This document shows, in pieces, positions 54,284 through 64,000 of a stretch of 64,000 nucleotides of DNA. Source of the stretch: an uncultured Alphaproteobacteria bacterium. GTDB lineage: Bacteria > Pseudomonadota > Alphaproteobacteria > Caulobacterales > Hyphomonadaceae. Position 1 is the stretch's first letter. The number at the start of each line of letters is the position of its first letter. Where the stretch lies: NCBI GenBank assembly GCA_963718145.1, contig CAVQYJ010000008.1, positions 87,066-151,065 of the forward strand, read 5' to 3'. Made by a program: the position numbers and the translations under genes. The notes beneath the pieces were generated by a model. The model saw nothing but the letters and a program-made list of their open reading frames with translations. It was not told the DNA's origin and searched no databases.

Positions 54284-54673
54284 TCACGGACCGCATCGAA
54301 AGGTGATGATTTCGCCTAGCCGCGGAAGTCGCCGTTTTCCCAGTAGGTGCGGCCGCTGGACGCGGTCGACGTAAAAATAGCGGCGGTCATTGCGGTCGTA
54401 CTGGAGGTCCGAGCGCGATGCGACCTGCTTGCCGCCAACGAAGCAGCCGCCCTGTTCGCGGCAACCGGTGTAGTAGCCCACGGCCGCGCCAAGAGCGCCG
54501 CCGATGAGCGCGCCTTCGAGATCGTTGTCGGCGATTGCGGCGCCTGCCGCAGCGCCAAGCGCCCCGCCGATCGCGGCGTTGCGCTGCGAGGGGTCCCAGT
54601 TGTCGGTGGTCGCGCACGCGGCCAGCGAGAGGGACGAAACGGCGGCGCAGAAGAGTGTCTTGAGCGTGGTCAT
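54284..54673 (-). CDS. glycine-zipper lipoprotein (17-kDa surface-antigen-like)
   Basis: 'MTTLKTLFCAAVSSLSLAAC' is a lipobox, and 'AAIGGALGAAAGAAIADNDLEGALIGGALGAAVGYY' is a glycine zipper. The alternative frame after A-run 54373-54377 gives '...SSGRTYWENGDFRG*' ending at 54316, so the C-terminus is uncertain. Confidence 0.7.
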   Translation of the reverse strand: MTTLKTLFCAAVSSLSLAACATTDNWDPSQRNAAIGGALGAAAGAAIADNDLEGALIGGALGAAVGYYTGCREQGGCFVGGKQVASRSDLQYDRNDRRYFYVDRVQRPHLLGKRRLPRLGEIITFRCGP

Positions 54674-54910
54674 GGGAGCCCTCGGTCGTGAATGTGTGCG
54701 GAGGTTAAACGAGGCGAGGGGGGAGGGGTTCCGCCCAACAAAAGCTGGAGCGCAGGGAACAAAAGTTCCGCGGCGAAATGGGGGAGTTTGCCCGCGAAAG
54801 GTCACCGCCCGATTTGGGCGGCATTTGCCGAATGTTGCATCGATCGTTGCTTCCGGACAATCTAGGAAAGGGGGCCGTAGTCGGCCGTTGCTCCAATTGG
54901 GGGCTGCCGC

Positions 54911-56845
54911 ATGGCGGTTATGATTCCCGACCGCATTCCGGCCAGCGCCAGCCAGGGCGAGAAGGACACTTTCGCGCTTCTGCAGAAACTTCCTGACGAT
55001 TGCATCTGCTATTACGAGCCCGTTGTCGGTGAGCGGTATCCCGATTTTGTCGTGATCATCCCTGACCTCGGCGCCCTGATCATCGAGGTGAAGGGGTGGT
55101 TCCGCTCGAACATTCTCAAGGCGGACACGAACGACGTCACGGTCAACCGCCAAGGCAGGACGGAGACCCACAAGCATCCTGTCCGGCAGGCACGGGAGTA
55201 CAAGTTCGAGCTGATGAACGCCTGCAAGGCGAGTAGGTATGCTGGCCACCTCCTGAACCAAGGCGGCAAACATTCGGGCGGATTCACATTTCCGTTCGGC
55301 CACATGGCCTTCATGTCCAACATCACACGAGACCAGCTCGATCTGATCAGTCAGGACATTGCGCGAGACGTGTTCGGCGAAAGCAAAGTCGTGATGCGTG
55401 ATGAGATGGAGGGTCTTCTGGACCTCTCGCCGAGCGCGCTGATCGATGCGATGCGCGAATGGTTCAAGCCAAGATGGTCCTTTCCTCGCCTTACACAGTC
55501 GCAAGTGGATTCGATCCGCTTGATCATCCATCCGGAGATCGTGATCGAGGGGACATCGCTTGCCGTGCTGGACCACAAGCAGGAGGCGCGGGCGCGCTCG
55601 ATCGGGGAGGGGCATCGTCTGATCTACGGCGTCGCCGGTTCAGGCAAGACGGTGATCCTGCTGGCGCGCGCCCGCATGCTGGCGAAGGACCCGAGCAAGC
55701 AAGTCCTGATGCTTTGCTACAACAAAGAGCTCGCTCGGCGATTTCGCGATGATCTTGCTGGCATTGCCAATATCCACGCGATGAGTTTTCACGGCTGGAC
55801 CGCCCGCAACGGCGTGAGGGTCAGGCATGACGATTTCTCACCCGAAGCGGAGGAGCTGCGCGTGAAGCTGCTGCTTGGCCGGTTGCAGGCAGGTCGAGGC
55901 GATGCCAAGCGTTATGACGCGGTTCTGATCGACGAGGCACAGGACTTCGATCCGAGGTGGTTCACCTGCGCCAAGCTTGCGTTGAAGGAGCCCGATAGTG
56001 GTGACTTGCTTATCGCCCTGGATGGCGGCCAGAATCTTTATGGGCGCAAGACATTCACCTGGAAGTCAGTAGGTGTGAATGCTGTTGGGCGCGTCGTCTC
56101 TCGATCCGCCTACGACTTCGATTGCAACTACAGGAATACGCGGCAGATCCTGACGGTGGCGGCGCCGTTTGCCGCCGTGAATGTGACGAACGATGACGAC
56201 GACGCTCTGCAATCCTATCAGGTTGATCCGCGTATCGCGGTACGTGAAGGCCCCTTACCCAAATCGTTCGCCGCCGCCAGCCGGGAGGCGGAGATTGACG
56301 CGATCGCAAGGCGCGTCGAAGACTGGCTAAGCAGAGGGTTTCTGACCGAAAGCGGTGAGTATGAACGGCTGTCGCCCGGCGATATAGCCGTGCTGTATCC
56401 GCGTCGGCCCGTGGCGTTCAAACCCCACCTTGATGCGCTGCTCCAGAAACTGTCTGGACTGACTGCGGTCCGGCTTATCGCGTCTGATGCTTCTCCCGAA
56501 GCCAGGCAGGGGACAGATTCATCGGGGCCTGCGCTAACGGTCGCGACGATTTATTCAGCTAAGGGGCTGCAATTCCGTGCAGTGATCCTGATTTGGGCGG
56601 ACCTGCTTTATGGCCCGGACAATCCCGAGCGGCACAGGAATGACCGCGCTCTGCTCTACGTTGGCCTTACCCGCGCCCAGACGTTCCTGCGCATTTGCTG
56701 GGCGCGGAGCACCCCGATGACAGCAGAGATCGGGGCCGCAATCGCATCGATCGATGACGATGATTCGCCGCTGGACGATCCGAGCGGCGGAGGAGGGCCG
56801 CAGCTCGGAGAGCCTCCGGCGAAACCCTTCCGCTGGTGGCGGTAG
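54911..56845 (+). CDS. NERD-domain nuclease-like / UvrD-type SF1 helicase fusion protein
   Basis: N-terminal NERD 'GEKDTFALLQKLPDDCICYYEPVVGERYPDFVVIIPDLGALIIEVKGW', Walker A 'YGVAGSGKTV', 'AVLIDEAQDF', and C-terminal 'TIYSAKGLQFRAVILIW...LLYVGLTRAQTFL'. Confidence 0.82.
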   Translation: MAVMIPDRIPASASQGEKDTFALLQKLPDDCICYYEPVVGERYPDFVVIIPDLGALIIEVKGWFRSNILKADTNDVTVNRQGRTETHKHPVRQAREYKFELMNACKASRYAGHLLNQGGKHSGGFTFPFGHMAFMSNITRDQLDLISQDIARDVFGESKVVMRDEMEGLLDLSPSALIDAMREWFKPRWSFPRLTQSQVDSIRLIIHPEIVIEGTSLAVLDHKQEARARSIGEGHRLIYGVAGSGKTVILLARARMLAKDPSKQVLMLCYNKELARRFRDDLAGIANIHAMSFHGWTARNGVRVRHDDFSPEAEELRVKLLLGRLQAGRGDAKRYDAVLIDEAQDFDPRWFTCAKLALKEPDSGDLLIALDGGQNLYGRKTFTWKSVGVNAVGRVVSRSAYDFDCNYRNTRQILTVAAPFAAVNVTNDDDDALQSYQVDPRIAVREGPLPKSFAAASREAEIDAIARRVEDWLSRGFLTESGEYERLSPGDIAVLYPRRPVAFKPHLDALLQKLSGLTAVRLIASDASPEARQGTDSSGPALTVATIYSAKGLQFRAVILIWADLLYGPDNPERHRNDRALLYVGLTRAQTFLRICWARSTPMTAEIGAAIASIDDDDSPLDDPSGGGGPQLGEPPAKPFRWWR

Positions 56846-56870
56846 GGCCTAGCCTGAGGGCGCAATCCGA

Positions 56871-57710
56871 TTAGAGCACGTCCAGCATCTTCGCCACGAG
56901 GGGGTGGCGGACGACGTCGCCTTGTTTGAGGCGGACGACGCCGATGTCGCCTTCGATCTGCTCGAGCCTTTCGGCGATGCGGTCGAGGCCGGAGAGTTCG
57001 GGCAGCAGGTCGGACTGCTGGGGGTCGCCGGTCACCACCATCTTGGAGTTCCAGCCGAGGCGCGTCAGCAGCATCTTGAGCTGGACGTAGGTGCAGTTCT
57101 GGGCCTCGTCGATGACCACGAAAGCGTTGTTGAGCGTGCGGCCGCGCATGAAGCCGACCGAGGCGATCTCGATCTGGCCCTCGGCGATCATCGCCTTGAC
57201 CTGCTTGGCCGACATGCGGTCCTGCAGCGCGTCGTAGAGCGGCCGGAGATAGGGCGCGAGCTTCTCTTCCATGTCGCCGGGCAGGAAGCCGATATTCTCG
57301 CCCGCATCAACCGCCGGGCGGCAGAGCACAATGCGGCCGATCTTGCCGGCGCGCAGGTATTCGACGGCCTTGGCGATGGCGAGGTAGGTTTTGCCGGTGC
57401 CGGCGGGGCCAAGCGCGAGCGTGCAGTGCGAGCGGTCGATCGCCTCGATCATCCGGGCTTGGCCTTCGGATTTCGGCTGCACATTCTTGACATAGGCCTG
57501 TTCGCGCGGCGCCTCGCGGGGTTCGCGCTGCTCACGGGTCTGCAGGTGATGGTCGTTGGCGACGTGCTGTCGTTTCTTGCGGCGCGTATAGCGCTGGTCG
57601 TCCTGTATGGGATCCCAGCCGCCCTCTATGACATTGAACGGAACGCCATCGCGGCCATCACGCGCGTCGTATTCTGCGCGGATGCGGCGGACAGCAGAAC
57701 GTTTAGCCAT
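56871..57710 (-). CDS. phoH: PhoH-family ATPase
   Basis: 'LALGPAGTGKTYLAIAKAVEYL', 'RIVLCRPAVDAGENIGFLPGDMEEKLAPYLRPLYDAL', 'FVVIDEAQN' and 'VVTGDPQQSDL'. Confidence 0.9.
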   Translation of the reverse strand: MAKRSAVRRIRAEYDARDGRDGVPFNVIEGGWDPIQDDQRYTRRKKRQHVANDHHLQTREQREPREAPREQAYVKNVQPKSEGQARMIEAIDRSHCTLALGPAGTGKTYLAIAKAVEYLRAGKIGRIVLCRPAVDAGENIGFLPGDMEEKLAPYLRPLYDALQDRMSAKQVKAMIAEGQIEIASVGFMRGRTLNNAFVVIDEAQNCTYVQLKMLLTRLGWNSKMVVTGDPQQSDLLPELSGLDRIAERLEQIEGDIGVVRLKQGDVVRHPLVAKMLDVL

Positions 57711-57750
57711 GGAGGTACTCCTTGTTTGGAGGCAAAAACGCAGTCGGTAG

Positions 57751-57789
57751 AAACAAAAACGCCGCAGACCGGGTGAGGGGCTGCGGCGT
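57751..57789 (-). terminator. intrinsic-terminator-like hairpin (minus-strand reading: ACGCCGCAG-13 nt-CTGCGGCGT then TTTTTGTTT), 40 nt upstream of the phoH start
   Basis: A 9-bp GC-rich stem plus a T-tract was read directly. No annotated minus-strand gene lies upstream of it. Confidence 0.5.
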
Positions 57790-58137
57790 CGGATATGCCG
57801 AATTCAGAGTGAGTTGCCGGGGGCGGCGGCGGTCGCCTGTTCAGGCGTCCTGCGGCTTCGTCTACGGATGGTCCAACCGATAACGGTCGTCTCAATCCCG
57901 ATCCCCGTTCTTCGAGGCGGCAAAGTCGCAAGAAGCGCGCCACCTAGAATCAAGCTTCCCTAGCAGTAGACTAGTTTGGCTTTAACGGAACTATAATGGC
58001 CCAGTTCCTCGCAGCCAGCCAAAAAAGGCAGGTTGCCGGGGTTTGTTGCAGTGGTGTGACGCCGGCGCCCATTCGTGAGTCGCCTGGCCAATCCAAGGAC
58101 AGGCGCGGCGGGAGTCGTGCAGGCGAGGGACAACCGG

Positions 58138-58662
58138 ATGGCGATTTATGAACTCGACGGCGTGCGGCCTGAAACCGAGGGCGAGCACTGGATCGCCGAC
58201 AGCGCCACGGTGCTCGGACGGGTGATCCTCAAGCGGAACGCCAGCGTCTGGTTCAACGCCACGCTGCGCGGCGACAACGACCCGATCACAATCGGCGAGA
58301 ACACCAACGTCCAGGACGGATCGGTCATCCACACCGATGTCGGCCAGCCGACCACGATCGGGCGTGACGTTACCATCGGCCACATGGTGATGCTGCACGG
58401 CTGCACAGTTGGCGACAACTCGCTGATCGGCATCGGCTCGATCATCCTCAACGGAGCCAGGATCGGGAAGAACTGCCTCATCGGCGCGAACTCGCTGATC
58501 ACCGAAGGGAAGGAGATTCCCGACGGATCGATGGTGATGGGCGCGCCGGGCAAGGTGGTGCGGGAACTCACCAACCAGCAGGTCCAGATGATCACCGCCT
58601 CGGCGCACCATTATGTCGAGAACTGGAAGCGCTATGCGAAGGGCCTGAAGCGGATCGTGTGA
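58138..58662 (+). CDS. gamma-class carbonic anhydrase-like hexapeptide-repeat protein (YrdA/PaaY family)
   Basis: '[31 protein letters not shown]...[38 protein letters not shown]'. Confidence 0.88.
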   Translation: MAIYELDGVRPETEGEHWIADSATVLGRVILKRNASVWFNATLRGDNDPITIGENTNVQDGSVIHTDVGQPTTIGRDVTIGHMVMLHGCTVGDNSLIGIGSIILNGARIGKNCLIGANSLITEGKEIPDGSMVMGAPGKVVRELTNQQVQMITASAHHYVENWKRYAKGLKRIV

Positions 58663-59129
58663 TGACCAGGAAGACGTTCAAGGCGGTCATCGTCGAAGGC
58701 GTGAAGGGCGCCGCGATCATTCCGTTGCCGTTCGATCCGGATGCTGCATGGGGGAAGAAGCCGCGGCATCGCGTATCGGGCACGGTCGATGGCCAGAAGA
58801 TCCGCGCGATCATCGAGATGGATGGCGAGCCCGTCCTGCGCTTTACTCCCATGTGGCGGCGAGATGCGGGAATTCAGACCGGCGTGACGGTGAGCATCGG
58901 GTTGTGGCCCGAGGGTCCGCAGCAGACGGACCTGGCAGAGGATCTTGCGGCGGCGCTGAAGGCCGAGCCGAAAGCGGCGGCCTTCTTCGACGACCTCGCT
59001 CAGTTCTATCGCAAGGCCTATCTCGCCTGGATCGACGCGACAAAGAAGAAACCCGAAGAGCGCGCGCGGCGAATCCGCGAGACCGTCAAGCTGCTCAAGG
59101 CTGGCCAGAAGGCGCGCCCGAAATTCTAG
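58659..59129 (+). CDS. DUF1905 plus YdeI/OmpD-associated domain protein
   Basis: 'FKAVIVEG...[15 protein letters not shown]' and the C-terminal '[42 protein letters not shown]'. The start overlaps the preceding stop. Confidence 0.6.
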   Translation: MMTRKTFKAVIVEGVKGAAIIPLPFDPDAAWGKKPRHRVSGTVDGQKIRAIIEMDGEPVLRFTPMWRRDAGIQTGVTVSIGLWPEGPQQTDLAEDLAAALKAEPKAAAFFDDLAQFYRKAYLAWIDATKKKPEERARRIRETVKLLKAGQKARPKF

Positions 59130-59884
59130 ACGCCATATTCGCGCCTGAACGTTTTCAGCGCCGCCGTGGTCATCAGAACGGGCAGGGGAAAGAGCAGCCA
59201 GGGCCGTTGCGGATCAAGGAGGGCAAGTCGCGCAAGGAAGTCATCACGCAGGTTCGGCTTCACGCGGCCGCGAAAGTCGAGGAACTGGCCCCAGCTTGAC
59301 GACCCATGGATCGATCGCGGGCCTTCTAGCGGCGTTCGCGATGCCGCGAACTCGTGCGGGAACAGGCGGCGATAGGCTTCGGTGTTGTAGAGCCATGATC
59401 CGCCGTCGATGGCCTTCGCCGCGGGATAGGTTGTGGCGAGGAAGCCCGTCATTCGGGCAAGTTCGTCGCGGCGGCGGGCCGTCTTCGACCTGTCGAGCGG
59501 GCCTGCGCCATCAGCGCTGTCGCGGTTGCCGAAATGGATGCGGACATGTCCGCGCTCATCCGGCGCCTCGCAGCGGAAGCAGCCAAAGTCGAACAGGTGC
59601 GGCGGCAGGCCTTCATCGTCGCGTGACGCAAAGGCCGCGACCATCAGGTCGAGCCTCGCCTGGTGGTCGGGGAGCGCTGCAGCCTGGCCGGCAAGGGACG
59701 TGAATTCCGGCGCGGGCGACTGTTTCGAGAGATTCCCGTAGGCGAAGCGGCGATGCAGGTTGGTGTGGAAAGTGATTGCTTCGGCCAGCGGCATTGGCGC
59801 GCGGGCCGCCAGCACTTCCGCAAAGCGAAGCTGCAGGTCGAAATGACCGCGCGCAATCTCCGCTGCGTCAACGCCCTTCGCCAC
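59126..59884 (-). CDS. hypothetical protein
   Basis: A 252-aa ORF with genome-typical composition. No family was recognised with confidence. Confidence 0.45.
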   Translation of the reverse strand: MAKGVDAAEIARGHFDLQLRFAEVLAARAPMPLAEAITFHTNLHRRFAYGNLSKQSPAPEFTSLAGQAAALPDHQARLDLMVAAFASRDDEGLPPHLFDFGCFRCEAPDERGHVRIHFGNRDSADGAGPLDRSKTARRRDELARMTGFLATTYPAAKAIDGGSWLYNTEAYRRLFPHEFAASRTPLEGPRSIHGSSSWGQFLDFRGRVKPNLRDDFLARLALLDPQRPWLLFPLPVLMTTAALKTFRREYGV

Positions 59885-59917
59885 GCCTGTCTCCTTCGGG
59901 CCTGCGCCCGAACAGGA

Positions 59918-61681
59918 TCAGAAGCGTATGCGGAAGCTCGCCGCAAGGCTGGTGGCGTCGAAGAAATCGTCGGCCACAAGGCGGCTGACTTCGAGGCGCG
60001 CCATCGCTTTCTCCCCCAGCATGGCCGCCACACCCGCCGAAATCGTCGCGCTGTCGCTGGAGAGAGGGTCGTAGGCGAAGTCGAAGAAGAAGGCGTTTGC
60101 GCCGCGCGTATCTTCCGCCATGCGGGCGGTCGCAGTCTGGAAGTCGTCCTGGAATTCATGCCGCCAGTAGGCAGAGCCGAACGGCACAAGCGCCCAGCCG
60201 CCAAAGTCGAAGGCGTAGGAGATCTCAGCGCCCGCCTCGATCTGCAAGGAATCGTACGAGCGGTCGGAATAGGACATTTCCAGTCCCGTCGGCGCGCCCG
60301 GGCGCAGCAGGTAGCCGCACGTCGGATCGGGAGTGGCGGCCGTGTCGGCGGCCCAGAGCGCCAGGCAAGTGGTGCGGTCTTCGATCGTCGATGATCCCGG
60401 AATGACGACGGTCGGCGCGGTCAGGGAGTTGACGCCAGTCTCGGTGTATCCGTCGATTTCGGTGCGGGAGAAGGATAGCGAGGCGCGTGGCCCGATCACA
60501 AGGCCGCCAAACTCCATGTCGAAGCCGCTGCGAACGGACGCGGAATACTGGGCCGAGCTGGTCGCCCCACTGATCCGGCCGGCAAAGATGTCGTCTGTGA
60601 TGGCCTCCGCGCCCGTGTTGGCGATGGGATCAAAGGCGCGGTCGAGCCTTCCGTCACGATCGCTGTCGATGAACAGGAAGCCGCCGTCGAACGCAACCGG
60701 ATCGATGGTGGTCGAGGGAATCTCGATGGCGCACGCATCACGCGCATAGGTCATGTCGCGGTTTGCGTACGAGATCGACACGTCGGCGAACGCCGAACCG
60801 CCGAAGCGCATTCCGAAGAAGCCGCCGCCGCCGAATTCCTCGAAACCGATTTCTCCACCGCCTGTCGCTCCGCCGCAAAGCGAGTCGAGCACCGACGGAT
60901 TGCTCAGCACGGCGGCTGCACCCGGGGCGACCGTGGATGCGCCGTTCGCAATGAGGGGTGCGCCGCCGAGATAGTCGCCGTCTTCGTCCGTGTAGCGGAC
61001 CCATACGCCCGCCGCCGTGGACTCGCCCGCCCAGTCGAAGCCGAACGTGCCGCCCGCGCCGTCAACGTCATAGCCGGTTTCGCGCAAGGTTGACTCACGC
61101 TCGCGCTGCTCGAATTCGAACTCGCCGAAAACGCCGAGGCCCGTGCCGGTGTCTTCTCGCGAGCCGGAATAGCCCAGAGGAGCGTCGGACATTGTTTGAG
61201 CCTGGATCGCGGCGAACTGGACCCAGTCGTTGTCGCTTCGCCGCTGGCCGCCGCTCCCGCTGCCGGAAGAGGGACGCGGACGCAGGCGCTGGTCGAGGCG
61301 TCTGCGAGCGATCTTGAACTGCGACACAGTCTTCGTTGCTTGCGAGGAGTTGATGGCGCCGCCGAGCGAGGACGCCGAGCCAACCGCGCTGGGTCCGCAA
61401 ATCGCCTTGAGCTCGTTGCCGACGGAGGCCTCGAATGCCGTTAGTGACTGTCCATTGCGCAAGGTCGTGCAGCCGGCGCCGTCGCCCAGGGATAGAAAGC
61501 GCCGCAGCTGATCGTCCAGCGTCGGAGGGTTCTGCGTCTGCAGCTGCGCAGCTGCAGATGGCGCCCAGATACCGGCGGCCAGCAGACCCAACAGGCTTAC
61601 CTTGGTCCAGTGGCGCCTCTTGATTTCACGAACGTTCGCCTCGCGCACGAGCGCGTCAGGCTGGCAGCGTTGCCGAACCAT
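59918..61681 (-). CDS. autotransporter-type outer-membrane beta-barrel protein
   Basis: Signal '[19 protein letters not shown]', a Gly/Ser-rich passenger, alternating beta-strand pattern, and a terminal '...LAASFRIRF*' with aromatic C-terminal residue. Confidence 0.7.
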   Translation of the reverse strand: MVRQRCQPDALVREANVREIKRRHWTKVSLLGLLAAGIWAPSAAAQLQTQNPPTLDDQLRRFLSLGDGAGCTTLRNGQSLTAFEASVGNELKAICGPSAVGSASSLGGAINSSQATKTVSQFKIARRRLDQRLRPRPSSGSGSGGQRRSDNDWVQFAAIQAQTMSDAPLGYSGSREDTGTGLGVFGEFEFEQRERESTLRETGYDVDGAGGTFGFDWAGESTAAGVWVRYTDEDGDYLGGAPLIANGASTVAPGAAAVLSNPSVLDSLCGGATGGGEIGFEEFGGGGFFGMRFGGSAFADVSISYANRDMTYARDACAIEIPSTTIDPVAFDGGFLFIDSDRDGRLDRAFDPIANTGAEAITDDIFAGRISGATSSAQYSASVRSGFDMEFGGLVIGPRASLSFSRTEIDGYTETGVNSLTAPTVVIPGSSTIEDRTTCLALWAADTAATPDPTCGYLLRPGAPTGLEMSYSDRSYDSLQIEAGAEISYAFDFGGWALVPFGSAYWRHEFQDDFQTATARMAEDTRGANAFFFDFAYDPLSSDSATISAGVAAMLGEKAMARLEVSRLVADDFFDATSLAASFRIRF

Positions 61682-61787
61682 CGTGTCCCCTCCTGCAATG
61701 TACCGCTTCCAGAGTCAGATTAGCTCGGGGTTGTGCACAGGAGCAACAAGCCATCGCAAAAAAGCGCAGCTCCCCTATATGTGCGCG

Positions 61788-62762
61788 ATGACGAAACTCT
61801 CCGTGCTCGATCTTGCTCCGGTCGTCGAAGGCTCGACCATCCGAGAGGCGCTGGCGAACAGCGTTGATCTGGCGCGCCATGCCGAAGCGCTCGGGTATCA
61901 TCGCTTCTGGCTGGCTGAGCATCACAACATGCCGGGCATCGCATCTGCCGCCACCGCGGTCGTGATCGCCCATGTTGCTGGCGGCACCAGGACAATCCGG
62001 GTCGGCTCCGGCGGGATCATGCTGCCCAACCACGCGCCGCTGATGGTGGCCGAGGCGTTTGGCACGCTGGCCGAACTGCATCCGGGCCGGATAGACTTGG
62101 GGCTCGGCCGCGCGCCAGGAACCGATATGGCGACGGCGCGGGCGCTGCGCCGGATGATGCAGGGCTCGGCCGACACCTTTCCGCAGGATGTGGTCGAGCT
62201 GATGGGCTGGTTCGACGAAGTCCAGCCCGGCCAGACCGTGCGCGCTGTTCCAGGCGCAGGAGCCGATGTCGAAGTCTGGATCCTCGGCTCCAGCCTGTTC
62301 GGCGCGCAGCTCGCGGCGCATCTGGGGTTGCCGTACGCCTTCGCCTCTCACTTCGCGCCAGGCGACCTGGAAGGGGCCGTCCAGATCTATCGCGAGCGCT
62401 TCCGCCCCTCGAAGCGCCTGGCCAAACCCCACATCATGCTTGGCCTCAACGTGATCGGCGCCGAAAGCGACGAGGAAGCGAAGTTCCTCTTCACGTCGAT
62501 CCAGCAGGCCTTCGCCAACTTGCGCCTTGGCCGCCCCGGCAAGATGCCGCCGCCGGTGGAGAACCTGCAGCTCGATCCGATGGTCGAAGCCGGCATTGCG
62601 CAAGCGCTGTCATGCGCCGTTGTCGGCGGGCCGGGAAAGGCGAAGGCAGGGATCAGGGCGTTCGCCCAACGCTGGGGCGCGGACGAGCTGATGGTCACGA
62701 GTTCGGTGTGGGATCACGCCAGGCGCAAGCGCAGCTTCGAGATTGCCGCGAGCGCTATGTAG
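61788..62762 (+). CDS. LLM-class flavin-dependent oxidoreductase (luciferase-like)
   Basis: '[62 protein letters not shown]...[13 protein letters not shown]'. Confidence 0.88.
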   Translation: MTKLSVLDLAPVVEGSTIREALANSVDLARHAEALGYHRFWLAEHHNMPGIASAATAVVIAHVAGGTRTIRVGSGGIMLPNHAPLMVAEAFGTLAELHPGRIDLGLGRAPGTDMATARALRRMMQGSADTFPQDVVELMGWFDEVQPGQTVRAVPGAGADVEVWILGSSLFGAQLAAHLGLPYAFASHFAPGDLEGAVQIYRERFRPSKRLAKPHIMLGLNVIGAESDEEAKFLFTSIQQAFANLRLGRPGKMPPPVENLQLDPMVEAGIAQALSCAVVGGPGKAKAGIRAFAQRWGADELMVTSSVWDHARRKRSFEIAASAM

Positions 62763-62794
62763 CGCTCCAGTCGCGCCTGGGCTTGCCGTCCGGC

Positions 62795-64000
62795 TTACTG
62801 ATGCGGCTTGCCGCGGAAGGGTTTGCCGCCGCCTGGCTTGGCGCCGCCGGGCTTGAAACTGCGCGGCTTGAAGTTGCCTGGCTTGCTGGCGTGGGCGGGA
62901 CGCTCGCGGCGTTTGCTGCCGCCTTCGGTCTTGGCGCGCGGAGTAGCGGCGATTTCTGCGGGTGCAGGCTCGGGCTTGTCGGGATGCCAGGCGCGCTTGA
63001 CTGGTTCTTCGCCGGGCGCGGCGAGGGCGGGGAGGGCGCCGGCACGGCGGGCGGCGTCGCGGCGCTCGCGCCGGTTCATCTTGGCTGACGGCCCACTGTC
63101 CGAAGCAGGAACGTTGGCGGGTTGAGGCGCCGGGCGTTGGCGCTCATGCCGGCCGTTTGCGGCAAGCGCCGCCATCACCGGATCCTCTTCGAACATTCTC
63201 GCAGGCGGACGCCGGGAGCGCGTTTCGGGTCGTGCATCTCCGGCCGACTGCTCGGGGCGCGGACGATGCTGGCGCGGACGCTCTTCGCGCGGGCGGTCTT
63301 CTCTTGTCCGTTCTGCACGGGGAGAGCGCGAGGCGCGGGCAGGCCGGTCCTCGTCGCGGCGTGGATCGCCGCGCTGGGGCGCGGTCGTGGGCGTGATCTG
63401 GATATTATCCTCCAGCGTCGCCTGAACGGCCGCCGCGAAGTCTTCCGCCGCATGAGCGATGATCTCGAATCTGGTCTCGTCGTCGAAGATGCGGATTGGT
63501 CCGATCTCGGCCTTGGTGATGTGGCCCAGGCGGCAGATCAGCGGCACCAGCCACTTCGGATCGGCGTTGCGGCGGCGGCCGACATTCAGCCGGAACCACG
63601 CGCCATCGCCCTCGGATTGGGCAAAGCCGCGTTCGGCGCGGGAGCGAGGCGGCGAACGGTCGGCCGGTTCGCGGGCCTGCGTATCGCGCATCCGCGCGTC
63701 GTCGCTGACATCTTCCGGATCCGGCAGTTCGGCGCGCAGGAGGCCGATTAGCGCGGCGGCGATCTGTTCGGCTGGCAGGCGTTCGACAATCTGTTTCGCA
63801 AGCGCTTGGTCATCTTCGGATGCGGCGACGCCCAGGGCCGGATGATCCAGCAGCCGCTGGCGGTCCTGCGCGCGGATCTCGGCGGCAGTCGGCGGCCCGC
63901 TCCAGGTCGCATCGATATTGGCGGACTGCAGCACCTGCTCGGTGCGGCGGCGCTTGGTGTGGGTCACGAGCAGGACCGAGGTCCCCTTGCGCCCGGCGCG
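62795..64000 (-). CDS. DEAD-box RNA helicase, C-terminal part (continues past the right edge) with DbpA-like RNA-binding domain and basic Gly/Lys/Pro tail
   Basis: The edge reads '...RAGRKGTSVLLVTHTKRRR'. 'WFRLNVGRRRNADPKWLVPLICRLGHITKAEIGPIRIFDDETRFEI' is DbpA-like. The tail is 'KPGNFKPRSFKPGGAKPGGGKPFRGKPHQ'. Confidence 0.85.
   Translation of the reverse strand, partial: RAGRKGTSVLLVTHTKRRRTEQVLQSANIDATWSGPPTAAEIRAQDRQRLLDHPALGVAASEDDQALAKQIVERLPAEQIAAALIGLLRAELPDPEDVSDDARMRDTQAREPADRSPPRSRAERGFAQSEGDGAWFRLNVGRRRNADPKWLVPLICRLGHITKAEIGPIRIFDDETRFEIIAHAAEDFAAAVQATLEDNIQITPTTAPQRGDPRRDEDRPARASRSPRAERTREDRPREERPRQHRPRPEQSAGDARPETRSRRPPARMFEEDPVMAALAANGRHERQRPAPQPANVPASDSGPSAKMNRRERRDAARRAGALPALAAPGEEPVKRAWHPDKPEPAPAEIAATPRAKTEGGSKRRERPAHASKPGNFKPRSFKPGGAKPGGGKPFRGKPHQ

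Noticed and set aside
54284-55615. 443-aa minus-strand ORF spanning the lipoprotein gene and the first 700 nt of the NERD-helicase gene
   Set aside because: Only its last 129 codons (from the ATG at 54673) look like a real gene, with a lipobox and a glycine zipper. The upstream part is antisense to a well-supported plus-strand gene.

Overview
The window is a high-GC (about 65-70% by spot counts) alphaproteobacterial chromosomal segment, Hyphomicrobiales-like by gene content, and it is densely coding. All protein calls rest on reading the supplied translations for family motifs; no searches were run.

Core content, in order:
- the 3' part of glyS, then ppdK
- a minus-strand nadA...nadB-nadC operon, with a NadQ-type regulator operon nearby
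- a dihydroorotase-like gene, a K+ channel, two alpha/beta-hydrolase paralogs, and an lldD-like plus TPP-enzyme pair
- a hybrid histidine kinase, tRNA-Leu(UAA), and moeA/moaC
- a PHA cluster (phasin, phaC, phaR; bdhA further on)
- murein-recycling genes (Mur ligase and LD-carboxypeptidase)
- Pho-type genes (phytase-like, phoD, phoH)
- an autotransporter, an LLM oxidoreductase, and a DEAD-box helicase running off the right edge

Things that stand out:
1. Four tandem paralogous secreted 4-Cys proteins are translationally coupled between nadA and nadB. Twin GCTCA-N3-TGAG palindromes sit upstream of nadA.
2. A roughly 1-kb lower-GC insertion carries a TIR ORF overlapping a TIR-like (CAP12/PycTIR-type) ORF, with no recognisable partner genes. 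It abuts an uncharacterised three-gene operon: a TelA-like protein, a membrane protein, and a coiled-coil protein with a poly-Gly tail.
3. A 2.6-kb lower-GC islet is bounded by exact 39-nt repeats of the 5' half of tRNA-Leu, which is an atypical polarity. It carries a WD40-only protein and a methyltransferase-like ORF, and no integrase.
4. A single-gene NERD-SF1 helicase sits in another lower-GC patch.
5. A 330-nt non-coding stretch behind the phasin gene has tandem repeats, CU-rich motifs and an intrinsic terminator.
6. At least five conserved genes have single-nucleotide frame breaks, several at homopolymers. This suggests sequence indel errors, so every pseudogene call here needs that caveat.

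No rRNA, CRISPR array, transposase or integrase was seen.
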